Of a stretch of DNA of 64,000 bases, positions 32,735 to 43,172 are shown piece by piece. Under the pieces are notes generated by a model. It worked only from the letters and a program-made list of their open reading frames with translations. It had not been told where the DNA came from and searched no databases. The DNA is from an uncultured virus (IMG/VR IMGVR_UViG_3300010885_058378) (Duplodnaviria > Heunggongvirae > Uroviricota > Caudoviricetes): positions 1-64,000 of IMG/VR virus record IMGVR_UViG_3300010885_058378; one strand, given 5' to 3'. A program made the translations under genes and the position numbers. How positions within the stretch are numbered: position 1 is the first letter of the stretch; each line of letters begins with the position of its first letter.

Positions 32735-33335
32735 ATCAATCTCAGAACTATTGCAAGAACACGAGGACTTAATAATGGATACGGATACAAAAAAACAAAT
32801 ACAGAAAGAATATATAACCCCAGAAACCGAAACCCCAGAAATCGAAATACAAGCACAAGAAGTGCCAGGATATTCATCGAATACTGTAATTGAACTAATA
32901 AAAAAATCATTAAACATACACTGGCAACAAACAACAGTATTAACCGCTCAAGCTGAACATCTTCAAAGGTGGGGATATAAAAAACTAGCAGCAATTATTA
33001 AGGAAGATGCTATTCAAGAGCAGACTCATGCTGCAATTAATATTAAAAGATTAGAATTTTTTGATGCTGATTATCAACCATTAATATTAAATCCACCAGT
33101 TTGGAAAAGACACGATATGGTTGCAATGATACAATACAATTTAGACTCTGTAAGAGAAGCATCAGCAGCAGAAAGAGCAACAATAGTTGCTGCTAGATCA
33201 GTTGGAGATGAAATTACTGCTAATATGTTTATTGAACTATTACAAGGAAGTGAAGATGGTATCGAACTTTATGAAGGTTTTCTAAAACTAATTGAAGAAA
33301 TGGGTATTGATAATTTCTTGACACTACAAGTGTGA
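32727..33335 (+). CDS. bacterioferritin/ferritin-like protein
   Basis: WGYKKLA...EQTHA...RL..., GD..TA.MF..LL, MGIDNFL resemble Bfr. Confidence 0.75.
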   Translation: MNKSISELLQEHEDLIMDTDTKKQIQKEYITPETETPEIEIQAQEVPGYSSNTVIELIKKSLNIHWQQTTVLTAQAEHLQRWGYKKLAAIIKEDAIQEQTHAAINIKRLEFFDADYQPLILNPPVWKRHDMVAMIQYNLDSVREASAAERATIVAARSVGDEITANMFIELLQGSEDGIELYEGFLKLIEEMGIDNFLTLQV

Positions 33336-33336
33336 A

Positions 33337-33996
33337 TTGATGAGAAGAAATAAATTATTATCTGAATTTAACTCAGTAGTACCTTCTATCAATATAGACA
33401 ATATAAAATATACTACCAAGACCATAGAAGATCAAAAGGTTTCAAAACTGATTGATTTTGACTACAAATCTATTCTTGATAATCCTCCTATAAATAGCAG
33501 TGGTTCTACACTAAAAGAATTAATTTATATATCTAAAATCACAAACAATAGAGACGATAAAGATATTGAACTGATCCATAAAATAGACAAAAATGCAGCA
33601 TCTTTAGTTATAGACTTTTGTGATAGTAATAATATTATTTTTCCACAAAATGATTTTGATAATCTATACAATATCATTAAACCTCTTATACTTAATACTA
33701 AATACTATTTTAATAGAGCAAGACCTTATCAATTGGCCAAATTCTATGCATTAACAATTAATGTTATTGAAACAGATACTCATCAAACTCCGTCGTACCC
33801 TTCTGGACATACGGTGTATGCTAGATTAGCTGGAAATCTCGTAGCGAATTCTCATCCAGAGTTTAAATACGAATTGGATCAAATTGTAAATAAAAGTGGT
33901 TATGCCAGAGTTTTACAGGGTGTTCATTATCCATCAGATAATCAAGCCTCAATAATTTTTACTGATTTTATTTTTCACAAACTATATAAGAGATAA
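33337..33996 (+). CDS. PAP2-family acid phosphatase/haloperoxidase-like protein
   Basis: K..FNRARP, PSYPSGH, ARVLQGVHYPSD. Confidence 0.9.
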   Translation: MMRRNKLLSEFNSVVPSINIDNIKYTTKTIEDQKVSKLIDFDYKSILDNPPINSSGSTLKELIYISKITNNRDDKDIELIHKIDKNAASLVIDFCDSNNIIFPQNDFDNLYNIIKPLILNTKYYFNRARPYQLAKFYALTINVIETDTHQTPSYPSGHTVYARLAGNLVANSHPEFKYELDQIVNKSGYARVLQGVHYPSDNQASIIFTDFIFHKLYKR

Positions 33997-34001
33997 TAAT
34001 T

Positions 34002-35090
34002 ATGGACAGAATTTATGATTTATTAAATAATGTAGAAAAACTAATTAAAAAAACTGAAGCAACAATGCTCCCTGTCCCGACTGTAGAAGTTGGTCCAGCC
34101 GTTGATCCAAATGCTAAACCGCCATTAAAACCAGAATTAGTTGACAAAAAAACTAATGATGATTCTCTTAATTCTCAAAAAGAAAAAATAAATCAACTTA
34201 AAACTAAAAACCCAAATGAGCAAGTTTCCAGACCAACTGGAGATAGTTCAGTTGCTGTTTCTAAATTACAAACCGGCGACAATGTTAAAAATATAAATAC
34301 TGCATGTATGCATTATGGTAGCGAAGGTATTGTTGAAAGTATAGAAGAGATGCCAGAAAATATAGGATACATAGTTGGCTATAGAACAACAAATGCCGGA
34401 GCTTCATGGACAGTAGATCAATATTTAAGGAAAACTGAAGATCAGTTAGCCTTAGTAGATTCTAGAGATGATTATGGTTTAGCCGATATGAATATGTTAA
34501 ATCCATCAACAACAATTATGGACTATAATATAGAAGATGCTGACGATATTGAAGAAGACGAAGATGAAGATGAGATGGAAGAACAGTTTGAAAACTATAA
34601 AAATGAATTTATTGAAATGAATATCGTTGCTTTGAAATCCATAGTTGCACATGCTAATAGGATTTTAGATTCTCTTGACGATCCAAAAGTTAAAGAAAAC
34701 TTGACAGAGAGCTGGTTGCAGGGTAAAATCGCCATTGTGGCCGACTACATGAGCACAATCAGAGATTTTGTGATCTTGTCTCCAGAAAGTGACGATAATA
34801 GTACAGAAGCGGCAGAGATAAAAAAAAAATTGAAAAAGAAATTTATTCCGGTTAGTATTATAAAGAATATGCCCAATATTCCAACAAATAATACCAATGA
34901 AGTAGATAACGATAATCATAATGAAGTTGAACCTACAGAACCCTCAATAGAGGATTCGGCAGATTCAAAAAAACAAGGTCTTTGGGACAATATAAGAAAA
35001 AAGAAAGAGAGAGAAGGAAAGAATTATAGACCAGCAAAGCCTGGAGATAAAGACAGGCCAGACCCAAAGCAATGGAAAAAGTTGACATAG
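34002..35090 (+). CDS. hypothetical phage protein, acidic
   Basis: 362 aa; ESWLQGKI..V.DY and GLWDNIRKK motifs. Confidence 0.65.
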   Translation: MDRIYDLLNNVEKLIKKTEATMLPVPTVEVGPAVDPNAKPPLKPELVDKKTNDDSLNSQKEKINQLKTKNPNEQVSRPTGDSSVAVSKLQTGDNVKNINTACMHYGSEGIVESIEEMPENIGYIVGYRTTNAGASWTVDQYLRKTEDQLALVDSRDDYGLADMNMLNPSTTIMDYNIEDADDIEEDEDEDEMEEQFENYKNEFIEMNIVALKSIVAHANRILDSLDDPKVKENLTESWLQGKIAIVADYMSTIRDFVILSPESDDNSTEAAEIKKKLKKKFIPVSIIKNMPNIPTNNTNEVDNDNHNEVEPTEPSIEDSADSKKQGLWDNIRKKKEREGKNYRPAKPGDKDRPDPKQWKKLT

Positions 35091-35142
35091 TACAAAGTTA
35101 ATAGGACTAACTGTTTAATTTATAAACTCAATAAAGGATATC

Positions 35143-35745
35143 TTGATTATGGACAGACAATACGACAGTCTAGATACGTATATTAATCTAGCAAAAAAAA
35201 CAATATCAAAATTCTGCCCTAAATTCTATAATGGATTATCAGCAGAAATGTTAAAGAATAATGATGCAATATCTGATGTTGCAACAGCCATAATGTATGC
35301 TGATTGGAGATTTGATCCAACCAGAACAGGCAAAAATGGTCAAGCTAAAACCTTGTATTCTTATAGAAATCAATGTGCTATTTGGGCCATTAAAACTTAT
35401 GTAACAAATAAATATAAGAAAAATACAGATTCTATAAGTCTTGACGCTAACTCTAAAATATCAGACTTGTCGATGCACTCTACAATATCTGATGCAAAGG
35501 CGCCTGAACCAATAGAGATTCTTATAGAGGAAGAACAGACCACTAATTTAAAAAATACAATTGGAGATCTGTTATCAAACAGTAATCTATCAGAAAAACA
35601 AAGAGAACAGATTAGAATGTATTATTTAGAGAACCATACCCTATCTCATATTGGTAAGAAGTTTGGAGTATCACGAGAAGCAGTTAGACAGAATATTAAA
35701 AGAGCCCTAGATATTATTAGATCATATGATAAATGCCAAGTTTAA
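35143..35745 (+). CDS. sigma70-family RNA polymerase sigma factor
   Basis: RFDP..LYSY...AIWAI region 2-like; LSEKQREQI..TLSHIGKKFGVSREAVRQ region 4 HTH. Confidence 0.85.
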   Translation: MIMDRQYDSLDTYINLAKKTISKFCPKFYNGLSAEMLKNNDAISDVATAIMYADWRFDPTRTGKNGQAKTLYSYRNQCAIWAIKTYVTNKYKKNTDSISLDANSKISDLSMHSTISDAKAPEPIEILIEEEQTTNLKNTIGDLLSNSNLSEKQREQIRMYYLENHTLSHIGKKFGVSREAVRQNIKRALDIIRSYDKCQV

Positions 35746-36073
35746 TCTAGCTATACTGGTTTTAGATCCTTCTATTAATAGATACAAAATAGTATCATCT
35801 AAACCAGATGACTTGGAACTTCCATATCTTGACATTGAAAGTAATCTTGATATTGATGCTTGCTTAGATCATTTGGTATCTACAAAAATAGATAAAAATG
35901 ATTCATATCTTAATTTTAAATTAACAGATATAGAATTGTCAGAAATGCTAGAAATTTATTATCTTGTTTTCATAACCTATGAATCTGTTGTAAAAGACGG
36001 ATTTTTATTAGATATACAACCTTCTCTTATAAGACTTCCAAATAATGCTAAAAAAATTCTTACACTACTTTAA
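35726..36073 (+). CDS. hypothetical protein
   Basis: ORF in operon. Confidence 0.55.
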   Translation: MINAKFNLAILVLDPSINRYKIVSSKPDDLELPYLDIESNLDIDACLDHLVSTKIDKNDSYLNFKLTDIELSEMLEIYYLVFITYESVVKDGFLLDIQPSLIRLPNNAKKILTLL

Positions 36074-36428
36074 ATCATTAAAAATAAAAAAAGAATCATT
36101 GGAGACATTAAGTATTGTAATTTCCTTAAAAAGTAATTATGATGTTGATATACAACTTAAATATCCAAATCTTGATAATGAACATATAAATAATATACCA
36201 AATATTGCAGAAAAATATGCGGAATTATTGATCTATATAAATAGCAATGCTCTGAAATATAGACTATTAGATACTATAAAAGATAAATCATACAGATCAG
36301 AAGATATTAAAGAAAAATTATTTTTTGATAATGTTATTTCTTTTTATGATTTAATTAGGCAAGAAATTAAAAAAGCCAATAATACCGGCCCACTTATTAG
36401 TCCAATGTCCGCCTTTGCAACAAAGTGA
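36045..36428 (+). CDS. hypothetical protein
   Basis: ORF in operon. Confidence 0.55.
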   Translation: MLKKFLHYFKSLKIKKESLETLSIVISLKSNYDVDIQLKYPNLDNEHINNIPNIAEKYAELLIYINSNALKYRLLDTIKDKSYRSEDIKEKLFFDNVISFYDLIRQEIKKANNTGPLISPMSAFATK

Positions 36429-36503
36429 TATTGGAAATCTGGACTTTTGATTTACTATAAGGGGTATAATATCTTGTTCCCTCTCCGTTTAAGGGGTTGC
36501 ATA

Positions 36504-36938
36504 ATGGATAAAAATAATCTAATCATATGGCAAAAATGGCTCGATCCATTTGGATCAGATGATCCTGATGTTGATGAGTTTGATCCATATACTGGTAATT
36601 ATACTGATAGTGATGCAGAGACTGATGAAGAGGAGGATAGTCATGAGGAAATTACTAAGAAAAAAATTAAAGCAGTTAGAGTAATTGCTACTCCTATGGG
36701 AATAATACCAATGAACGAGAATACTGCTAGTGGAAAACTTTTTAATTTTTGGATGGGACATACTAATTTTGATATATCAAAAAAAATAGCACAGACTATA
36801 GAAAGAACAGATGGAGTTGAAACTCTGGACATTTTTACAAGATACCGATTTAGAATATCAATAGGTAAAGCTTTTGATGATTCAGAAACTATGAGAAATA
36901 TCAATAAAACAATATATAGTGAGTTAAATAATGGCTAG
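36504..36938 (+). CDS. hypothetical protein
   Basis: Likely start MDKNN at 36504; coupled to ClpP-like gene. Confidence 0.65.
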   Translation: MDKNNLIIWQKWLDPFGSDDPDVDEFDPYTGNYTDSDAETDEEEDSHEEITKKKIKAVRVIATPMGIIPMNENTASGKLFNFWMGHTNFDISKKIAQTIERTDGVETLDIFTRYRFRISIGKAFDDSETMRNINKTIYSELNNG

Positions 36939-37593
36939 AACTAATACCAGCGATATAGAATTACAGTCCTTACACTCAAATAATATTGATATAAAAAACA
37001 GAGAAATATTTTTACATTCTCATTTTGGATATGATGAAGACGAGGCTGGCGTTGATTATAGATCATCTGTTACTTTTGAAAAAAATCTACGCTTTTTGAA
37101 TCAACAGTCCGCTGACTCTATATTGATACATATGCATTTGCCTGGAGGAGATTGGGAAGACTGCTTAAGCCTATATGATACTATAAAATACAGTCGTTCT
37201 AAAACAACCATATTAGCATATGCCAAAGTTCAATCTGCTAGTAGTATTATTTTCCAGTCTGCTAATCTCAGAATATTAATGCCAAACGTCAATATGCTAA
37301 TTCATTATGGTTCAATAAGTATAGATGATGAACACAAAGCGGCAATTAGCAGCTTACAATGGAGCGAAAGAGAGTCTGCAAAAATGCTTGATATCTTTGT
37401 TGATAAATGGATTACAAGTCCAATGTCAAAAGACAAGAACTGGAAAAAACCAATAGCAAGAAAACACATTCAAAGTCAACTAGCAACAAAAAGTGATTGG
37501 ATACTAACGGCAGAAGAAGCGGTGTATTATGGTTTTGCGGATGGTATACTCGGAGATAAGAAATACCCAACCATAGAATCATTAAAAAAGTAA
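36931..37593 (+). CDS. clpP: ClpP-like protease
   Basis: REIFL, PGG...LYDTI, QSAS (Ser), MLIH (His), DWILTAEEAV.YG.AD. Confidence 0.85.
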   Translation: MARTNTSDIELQSLHSNNIDIKNREIFLHSHFGYDEDEAGVDYRSSVTFEKNLRFLNQQSADSILIHMHLPGGDWEDCLSLYDTIKYSRSKTTILAYAKVQSASSIIFQSANLRILMPNVNMLIHYGSISIDDEHKAAISSLQWSERESAKMLDIFVDKWITSPMSKDKNWKKPIARKHIQSQLATKSDWILTAEEAVYYGFADGILGDKKYPTIESLKK

Positions 37594-37597
37594 CACT

Positions 37598-38260
37598 ATG
37601 CATTTAGAATACTGCTATTATGATATAACTCTCAAAGATTCAGAATTAATAGACATTATAAATAAAGTTATTAAATTTGATCCTAAGACTATATCTGTTC
37701 TACCTTCATATCTTAAACCACTCAAATCAATATTATCGACCACGGATATATCAGCTTCTGCCCCAATAGATTTTCCTCTTGGCACAATGGATCTAAAGTC
37801 AAGACTATCTGTTGCTGAAAACTGTATTAAAAATGGAGCAACCATACTTGATATTGTATGTCCAACATATTTATTGTGCAATAGAAAGTATGATAAATTC
37901 CGTGAAGATATAAAAGAAATGCAAATTTTGTGTTCTGATTCAAAACTAGAAATTAGATATGTTCTTGAATATCGTCAATTTAGCTATGAGCTATTATATA
38001 AAGTAGCACAAATATTATATGATTTTAATATTACAACAATATATCCATCAACCGGATACTTAATTGATGATATTTCTGACAATATTACCGCCTCTGCACT
38101 CATAAATAAAAAAGTGCCTAATATCAATATAATTTGCAATGGTAATATTTGGAATGATAATCAGATAAAAATGGCCAAAAAGAGTAAAATTTATGGTTTA
38201 CGGGTCAATTCTTTGAATGCTTTAGAATTGATAACAAAAGAAAACATAATAGAAAATTAA
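37598..38260 (+). CDS. DeoC-fold aldolase-like protein lacking catalytic lysines
   Basis: IDFPLG, GATILDIV, STG present; K of KTSTG replaced (YPSTG). Confidence 0.7.
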   Translation: MHLEYCYYDITLKDSELIDIINKVIKFDPKTISVLPSYLKPLKSILSTTDISASAPIDFPLGTMDLKSRLSVAENCIKNGATILDIVCPTYLLCNRKYDKFREDIKEMQILCSDSKLEIRYVLEYRQFSYELLYKVAQILYDFNITTIYPSTGYLIDDISDNITASALINKKVPNINIICNGNIWNDNQIKMAKKSKIYGLRVNSLNALELITKENIIEN

Positions 38261-38323
38261 CCTTTTAGGTGTACTAGATTATAGATTTTAAACAATCTTC
38301 ACAGAATAAAACGGAGATATACA

Positions 38324-39070
38324 ATGGCTACAGCTACATCAGCAGCAGTTGACTATACAACACAACCAAATTTAAATGGCAGTGGATCAAAAAATAATGG
38401 CGGATCCGCTACCAGAGTCGGAACATCAACAAAACTAAATTCAGTAGCAATCAGCAAAGATACCACAGGTGTCGTTGGTTCGGTTGTTATTGACGGAGAC
38501 TATACAGACAAAGCTATCAGTGGAGGAACCATTCCTCATAATCACACCAAACCAATAACATTTAAGGTAACAAATGAAATTGCTGGTGTTGCTAGTTCTG
38601 TTTTTTCAACTAGTGCTAATGATCCAACCCAAGTAAGAGGAATTAATAAGAGAGAAAACTATAGAGTTGCTAAAGTTTCAACAGCCTATAGAAATGGTCA
38701 ATGGGATCCCTACTATGGTGAATTTAGAGCATATGGAACATACTCAAGAACAGGCTATACCGTAACAGCAACCGTTGCTCGTCACGGACTAAGTACTGGC
38801 GACGTGGTAAAGCTAGATTTTTCAAGCGGTACTGCTACTGATGGTATTTTTACTGTTACTTATGTTGATGTGAATACTTTCACCTTTACCCATACTGCTA
38901 CTGGTAGCACAAGTGGTAATCTTAGTCTTGAAGGCCCAGCTTATGGAACTTCTACTCCGGGCACAGACAACGCAGCAACAGTTTCCAGAAGTGCTCCTGG
39001 TGATCTTGTTTTCAGAACTGGATCTAAGCTTCCTGTTCGCAGTCAAGATTACAAGCCAAAGACTGGCTGA
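38324..39070 (+). CDS. putative virion structural protein
   Basis: T/S/G-rich; HGLSTGD.V...GIFTVT..NTFT beta domain; strong GGAG RBS, GGTGTA motif, own terminator. Confidence 0.65.
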   Translation: MATATSAAVDYTTQPNLNGSGSKNNGGSATRVGTSTKLNSVAISKDTTGVVGSVVIDGDYTDKAISGGTIPHNHTKPITFKVTNEIAGVASSVFSTSANDPTQVRGINKRENYRVAKVSTAYRNGQWDPYYGEFRAYGTYSRTGYTVTATVARHGLSTGDVVKLDFSSGTATDGIFTVTYVDVNTFTFTHTATGSTSGNLSLEGPAYGTSTPGTDNAATVSRSAPGDLVFRTGSKLPVRSQDYKPKTG

Positions 39071-39098
39071 TATAATTAGTTTATTATTAATCTAGCTT

Positions 39099-39136
39099 AA
39101 AGCCAGCAATTTTATATTGTTGGCTTTTTGCTTTTT
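39099..39136 (+). terminator. rho-independent terminator
   Basis: AAAGCCAGCAAT...ATTGTTGGCTTT hairpin followed by T-rich run. Confidence 0.75.
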
Positions 39137-39177
39137 AGTGTATTTGGTAATACCACCACAAGAAAAGGGTTTTAATT

Positions 39178-39498
39178 ATGAGTGATACCATAGTTCACTT
39201 TTGGGAAAGTATAGCAACTACTAGTATTGGTATCATTATTACTATGATTGGTTTTTGGGTGGCAATAGGCAAAAATATGGCCACAAAGTCAGAAGTTGCC
39301 GAAATGATAGAAACAAAATCTCCATATTTACATGATAGACAGTTTATTATGGAAAGGCTTGCTGTGAACAAAGAAACACAGGCAGCATTAACAAATATGT
39401 TGCAACGCAATACAGAAGTTATGAATGAACTTAAAATTCAAATAGCAACACTTGGTAAAACATTAGAAGCACTAGAAGAAAGAATAGAAAGAACTTGA
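39178..39498 (+). CDS. membrane-anchored coiled-coil protein
   Basis: One TM helix then heptad pattern. Confidence 0.65.
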   Translation: MSDTIVHFWESIATTSIGIIITMIGFWVAIGKNMATKSEVAEMIETKSPYLHDRQFIMERLAVNKETQAALTNMLQRNTEVMNELKIQIATLGKTLEALEERIERT

Positions 39499-39506
39499 GG
39501 TAAAAT

Positions 39507-39698
39507 ATGGCAACTGATATTGAACTAATAAATACTAATAATCCAATTAAAAATGGAACAACAGTAACAACTTGTTCGTTCTCTGGTAAATATAATACTA
39601 TAAATACATATGTTAATAACAAACCACCTATTGCAGATATAGAATCCAAATATGATGAATTATTTGATGATATCACCTACTATATACTAGGTAGCTGA
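39507..39698 (+). CDS. hypothetical protein
   Basis: GAGG RBS, 63 aa. Confidence 0.6.
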   Translation: MATDIELINTNNPIKNGTTVTTCSFSGKYNTINTYVNNKPPIADIESKYDELFDDITYYILGS

Positions 39699-39700
39699 TT

Positions 39701-41005
39701 ATGACCACTAATCGTTTTTCTTTATCGTCTGATATAAACGAACTGCCATCTTCTATTTCTGTAAGTGGTAGCGATCTATTTGCCTTCTCTGATGACCCAG
39801 CCTCAGCAGTAGTAACAAAAAAAATCACTTTCAATAATTTTAGAAGCTCTATACTAAATCAAGCTGCAACTTTACAATTAAGGCAGGGTCTTGATTCAGA
39901 AAGGCTGCTGGTAACTCCATCAGTAGCAGAACCTTTATGGACAACCGATAGTAAAAAACTATATGTTGGTGACGGATCTACAGTTGGCGGAATAGTAATC
40001 TCATCTCCAATAGTTGAAATCTCTGGTAATAATATTACAAAATTTAACAATATATTAGGAAGCGGAAATCTATGCTTGGGATCAGGAAACTCAATAATCT
40101 CAAACTATAATAGTATTTATAATGCTTATACTTGTACCGCAAGCGGTATAGGTATCGCAATTTTAGCTGGGGCTAACTGTGTTGCTAGTGGTACTTATAC
40201 ATCTATTTTTAATGGAGTTAGCAATACTGCTGGATCATTAAGCTCTAATCATGCTACCATAATTAATGGTCTAAGAAATACTATACCATCTTCTAATAAT
40301 TATGGGTTGATATGCAATGGAACTTTTAATACTAGTACAGGTCTTCATGCGTCTATTATAAATGGATTTGGTAATTCTACTATTTCATCATATACTTTTG
40401 TTGGAAATGGATATCAAAATACAACAACCGCTAATTATTCTAGCATTATTAATGGTCAAAACAACATTGCTAGCGGTATAAATTCATGTATTTTAGGGGG
40501 CCAATCCGCAAAAACTACTTTACACGGAGAAGTAGCACAAGCTGCTGGTAGCTTCACTTCTGCTGGAGATGCACAGCGATCAACCATAGTGCTAAGAGCC
40601 GAAACCTCAAGTAATACATCAAATGTAATTTTAACTACAGATGGATCTGCATCTCTTATAACATCGCCAAGCAACACCACTTCAAGAAATTTTATATTTT
40701 TACCAGATAAAACTACGTTAAATTTTAATATACAAATTAGTGCTTACAATGACACAGATACTGCTTCGGCTGTATGGAATTTTGCTGGAGGTATTAAAAG
40801 AGGAGTTGGTGCTGGTACTACCTCTTTGATTCAAACACCAACTGAAACAAGCTGGAAAGATACTGGTATGAATTCGGCTTTAGCAAGCGTAGCAGCAGAC
40901 ACCACCAATGGAGGATTGTCTATTAGAGTTACTGGATTAGCAACTAAAAATATTAGATGGGTTGCAGCAGTAGATTATTGTACAGTTAATTATGGAACAC
41001 CATAA
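39701..41005 (+). CDS. tail fibre-like protein
   Basis: LQLRQG...AEPLWTTDSKKLYVGDG fibre N-terminal motif; I.NG..N beta-helix-like repeats. Confidence 0.75.
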   Translation: MTTNRFSLSSDINELPSSISVSGSDLFAFSDDPASAVVTKKITFNNFRSSILNQAATLQLRQGLDSERLLVTPSVAEPLWTTDSKKLYVGDGSTVGGIVISSPIVEISGNNITKFNNILGSGNLCLGSGNSIISNYNSIYNAYTCTASGIGIAILAGANCVASGTYTSIFNGVSNTAGSLSSNHATIINGLRNTIPSSNNYGLICNGTFNTSTGLHASIINGFGNSTISSYTFVGNGYQNTTTANYSSIINGQNNIASGINSCILGGQSAKTTLHGEVAQAAGSFTSAGDAQRSTIVLRAETSSNTSNVILTTDGSASLITSPSNTTSRNFIFLPDKTTLNFNIQISAYNDTDTASAVWNFAGGIKRGVGAGTTSLIQTPTETSWKDTGMNSALASVAADTTNGGLSIRVTGLATKNIRWVAAVDYCTVNYGTP

Positions 41006-42300
41006 TGATAGAAGCTCAAAATATACCTCTGAATTGTGGTGTTATATCCCAGAGCTCATCCTATCTGTTTAAAAAACCAGATATTGGTGGAGATAGAATA
41101 AAAATTACAGCACAACCCCAAGTTAGAATAATTAATTCTACTGGTTCTGGTTATACTACAAATTATGATGCTACAATATTTAGATATACTAATTCATCTA
41201 ATATAACTGATTTTAATATAAATCTATATCAATTAAATAATATACCAGTAACAGTATACAGTACAGATAATTCTATTTTATTAAACTTAAATTCTAATAA
41301 TTCAGTTTGTTCAGGTGTTCCTACAGCAAGTACTTCCACAAGAAATGTAAATATTATAGCCAGTGGAACAAATACATCAACAGATTTTAATATAGCAGAA
41401 GTAACAGTACTATGTAATGTGGGAACACAAACAGATGCTTTTTGTGAGTTTATACCTGGAAGCTTGGCAAAAAATTGTTCTGATAATGTCGATAATAGAC
41501 TATTAAATAAAAACTCAGCTATAGCAAAAGATATTTATAGTACTCAAAACCATTCAACTTCTACATACGTTAGAAATACTAATTGTTGGGCTTATGATTT
41601 AGATTTAACTTGCATGAGTCCTTGGAATACAACCGGAGCAAATACTAGGGCTGGAACTCTTATTAGTCCAAGTCACTTAGTTTTTGCGACCCATTATCAA
41701 ATAGATATAGGGGCTAAAGTTAGATTTATCACTAGCAATAATGTTGTTATAGAAAGAACATTAATAGATAAAATTTTTATCTCTGGAGATGCTTTTTTGG
41801 GACTTTTAGACTCGGACGTACCAAATTCTATTAGTTTTGCTAAATTGCTCCCTTCTAATTGGTCTATATATTTGCCTACAATTTATAGAAACAGGAATGG
41901 TAATACCATCTATAGACTTCCAATGCTATCTTTAGATCAAGAAGAAAAAGCTTTAGTAAAAGAATTTCTATACGTGGACTCAACAGGCAATTCTGCATAT
42001 ACACAGCAACCAACACAAAATTATCTTGATCCCAATAATAGTTATTACAATACATACCCAAATAGAATATTATTTCATGAATCAATAATAGGTGGAGATA
42101 GTGGCAATCCATCATTTTTAATCATCAATAATCAATTAGTTTTGGTAATGACATGGCTTGGACCTGACGCTGGACCATTCTATAGTAATTTCATAAGTTT
42201 ATTAAATACTAATATGAATCTACTTTGGACAAGAAATAATAGATCAGGAGCCTCTTACTCTGTCACAACAGTAGATTTAACGGGATTCACATCATTTTAA
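41005..42300 (+). CDS. protein with C-terminal trypsin-like serine protease domain
   Basis: GTLISPSHLVFATHY, GDAFL, GGDSGNP; coupled to tail fibre gene. Confidence 0.7.
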   Translation: MIEAQNIPLNCGVISQSSSYLFKKPDIGGDRIKITAQPQVRIINSTGSGYTTNYDATIFRYTNSSNITDFNINLYQLNNIPVTVYSTDNSILLNLNSNNSVCSGVPTASTSTRNVNIIASGTNTSTDFNIAEVTVLCNVGTQTDAFCEFIPGSLAKNCSDNVDNRLLNKNSAIAKDIYSTQNHSTSTYVRNTNCWAYDLDLTCMSPWNTTGANTRAGTLISPSHLVFATHYQIDIGAKVRFITSNNVVIERTLIDKIFISGDAFLGLLDSDVPNSISFAKLLPSNWSIYLPTIYRNRNGNTIYRLPMLSLDQEEKALVKEFLYVDSTGNSAYTQQPTQNYLDPNNSYYNTYPNRILFHESIIGGDSGNPSFLIINNQLVLVMTWLGPDAGPFYSNFISLLNTNMNLLWTRNNRSGASYSVTTVDLTGFTSF

Positions 42301-42348
42301 TGCAAATAACACTATGGTGTATATTAAATATAACATGGAGAAATTATA

Positions 42349-42672
42349 ATGATTAAACCTGGTTATAGAACAAGCGAATTTTGGTTCACACTAGTAAGTT
42401 TTATTTTTAGTGGAGCTTATTTATTTGGGGTATTAGATGACTTTACTCAAAAAGAAGATCTAATACAAGAAACAAGCAAAGGATTAGAAGCTGCTATATT
42501 AATCATAGGCCAATTAACATTATTATTTAAATATATCAAAGGAAGAACAGATCTTAAAAAGACTTGGTGGAGCACAGCAACACCAGAAGAGAGAAAAACT
42601 GCCAATAGAAGAAATAATAAATCTAAAATTAAAAAGAAAATTAAAAAACCAATTCAGCCCAAAGTAGAGTAG
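42349..42672 (+). CDS. holin-like membrane protein
   Basis: KPGYRTSEFW start, two hydrophobic segments, basic C-terminal tail. Confidence 0.55.
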   Translation: MIKPGYRTSEFWFTLVSFIFSGAYLFGVLDDFTQKEDLIQETSKGLEAAILIIGQLTLLFKYIKGRTDLKKTWWSTATPEERKTANRRNNKSKIKKKIKKPIQPKVE

Positions 42673-42728
42673 ACAAGGTTTCTGGGTGTATTATAATATA
42701 TAGGGCGTTTTCAAAAAGGACATTTTAT

Positions 42729-43172
42729 ATGCCAGAAGCAGCTTCAATATACTCAATAAAAATAAAATTAGATGAATTCATGACTCAGGTTAAAACTTCT
42801 TTAGGAGAGGTTAAATCTGTTGCAATATCTCAAGCCTGGAAAATTCTACAACTTGCTGTTGCTCAAACGGTACAAGTGTTAGAACAGAATACTAGTAATT
42901 TGTCTGGACCAGATAAAAAAGCTATGGCTATGGACTATTTGTCAAAATTTTATGATAGTGTTTTTACTATTATTGACGTTCCTATGATCCCAAATTTCAT
43001 TCAACCAATTATTCGTCAATATGTAAAAGTATTTTTAATGGCGTTAGTAAGCTCAAGTATTGATGCTATGGTCACAACCTTCAGACAAGTTGGAGTCTTT
43101 AAAACACAACCAGTAGTTTCACAATCTATTAAGTCTAACCCCAAAGTCAAAAGAGCGAGGAAAAAGAAATGA
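42729..43172 (+). CDS. hypothetical protein (holin-associated-like)
   Basis: LSGPDKKAMA motif, basic tail. Confidence 0.55.
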   Translation: MPEAASIYSIKIKLDEFMTQVKTSLGEVKSVAISQAWKILQLAVAQTVQVLEQNTSNLSGPDKKAMAMDYLSKFYDSVFTIIDVPMIPNFIQPIIRQYVKVFLMALVSSSIDAMVTTFRQVGVFKTQPVVSQSIKSNPKVKRARKKK

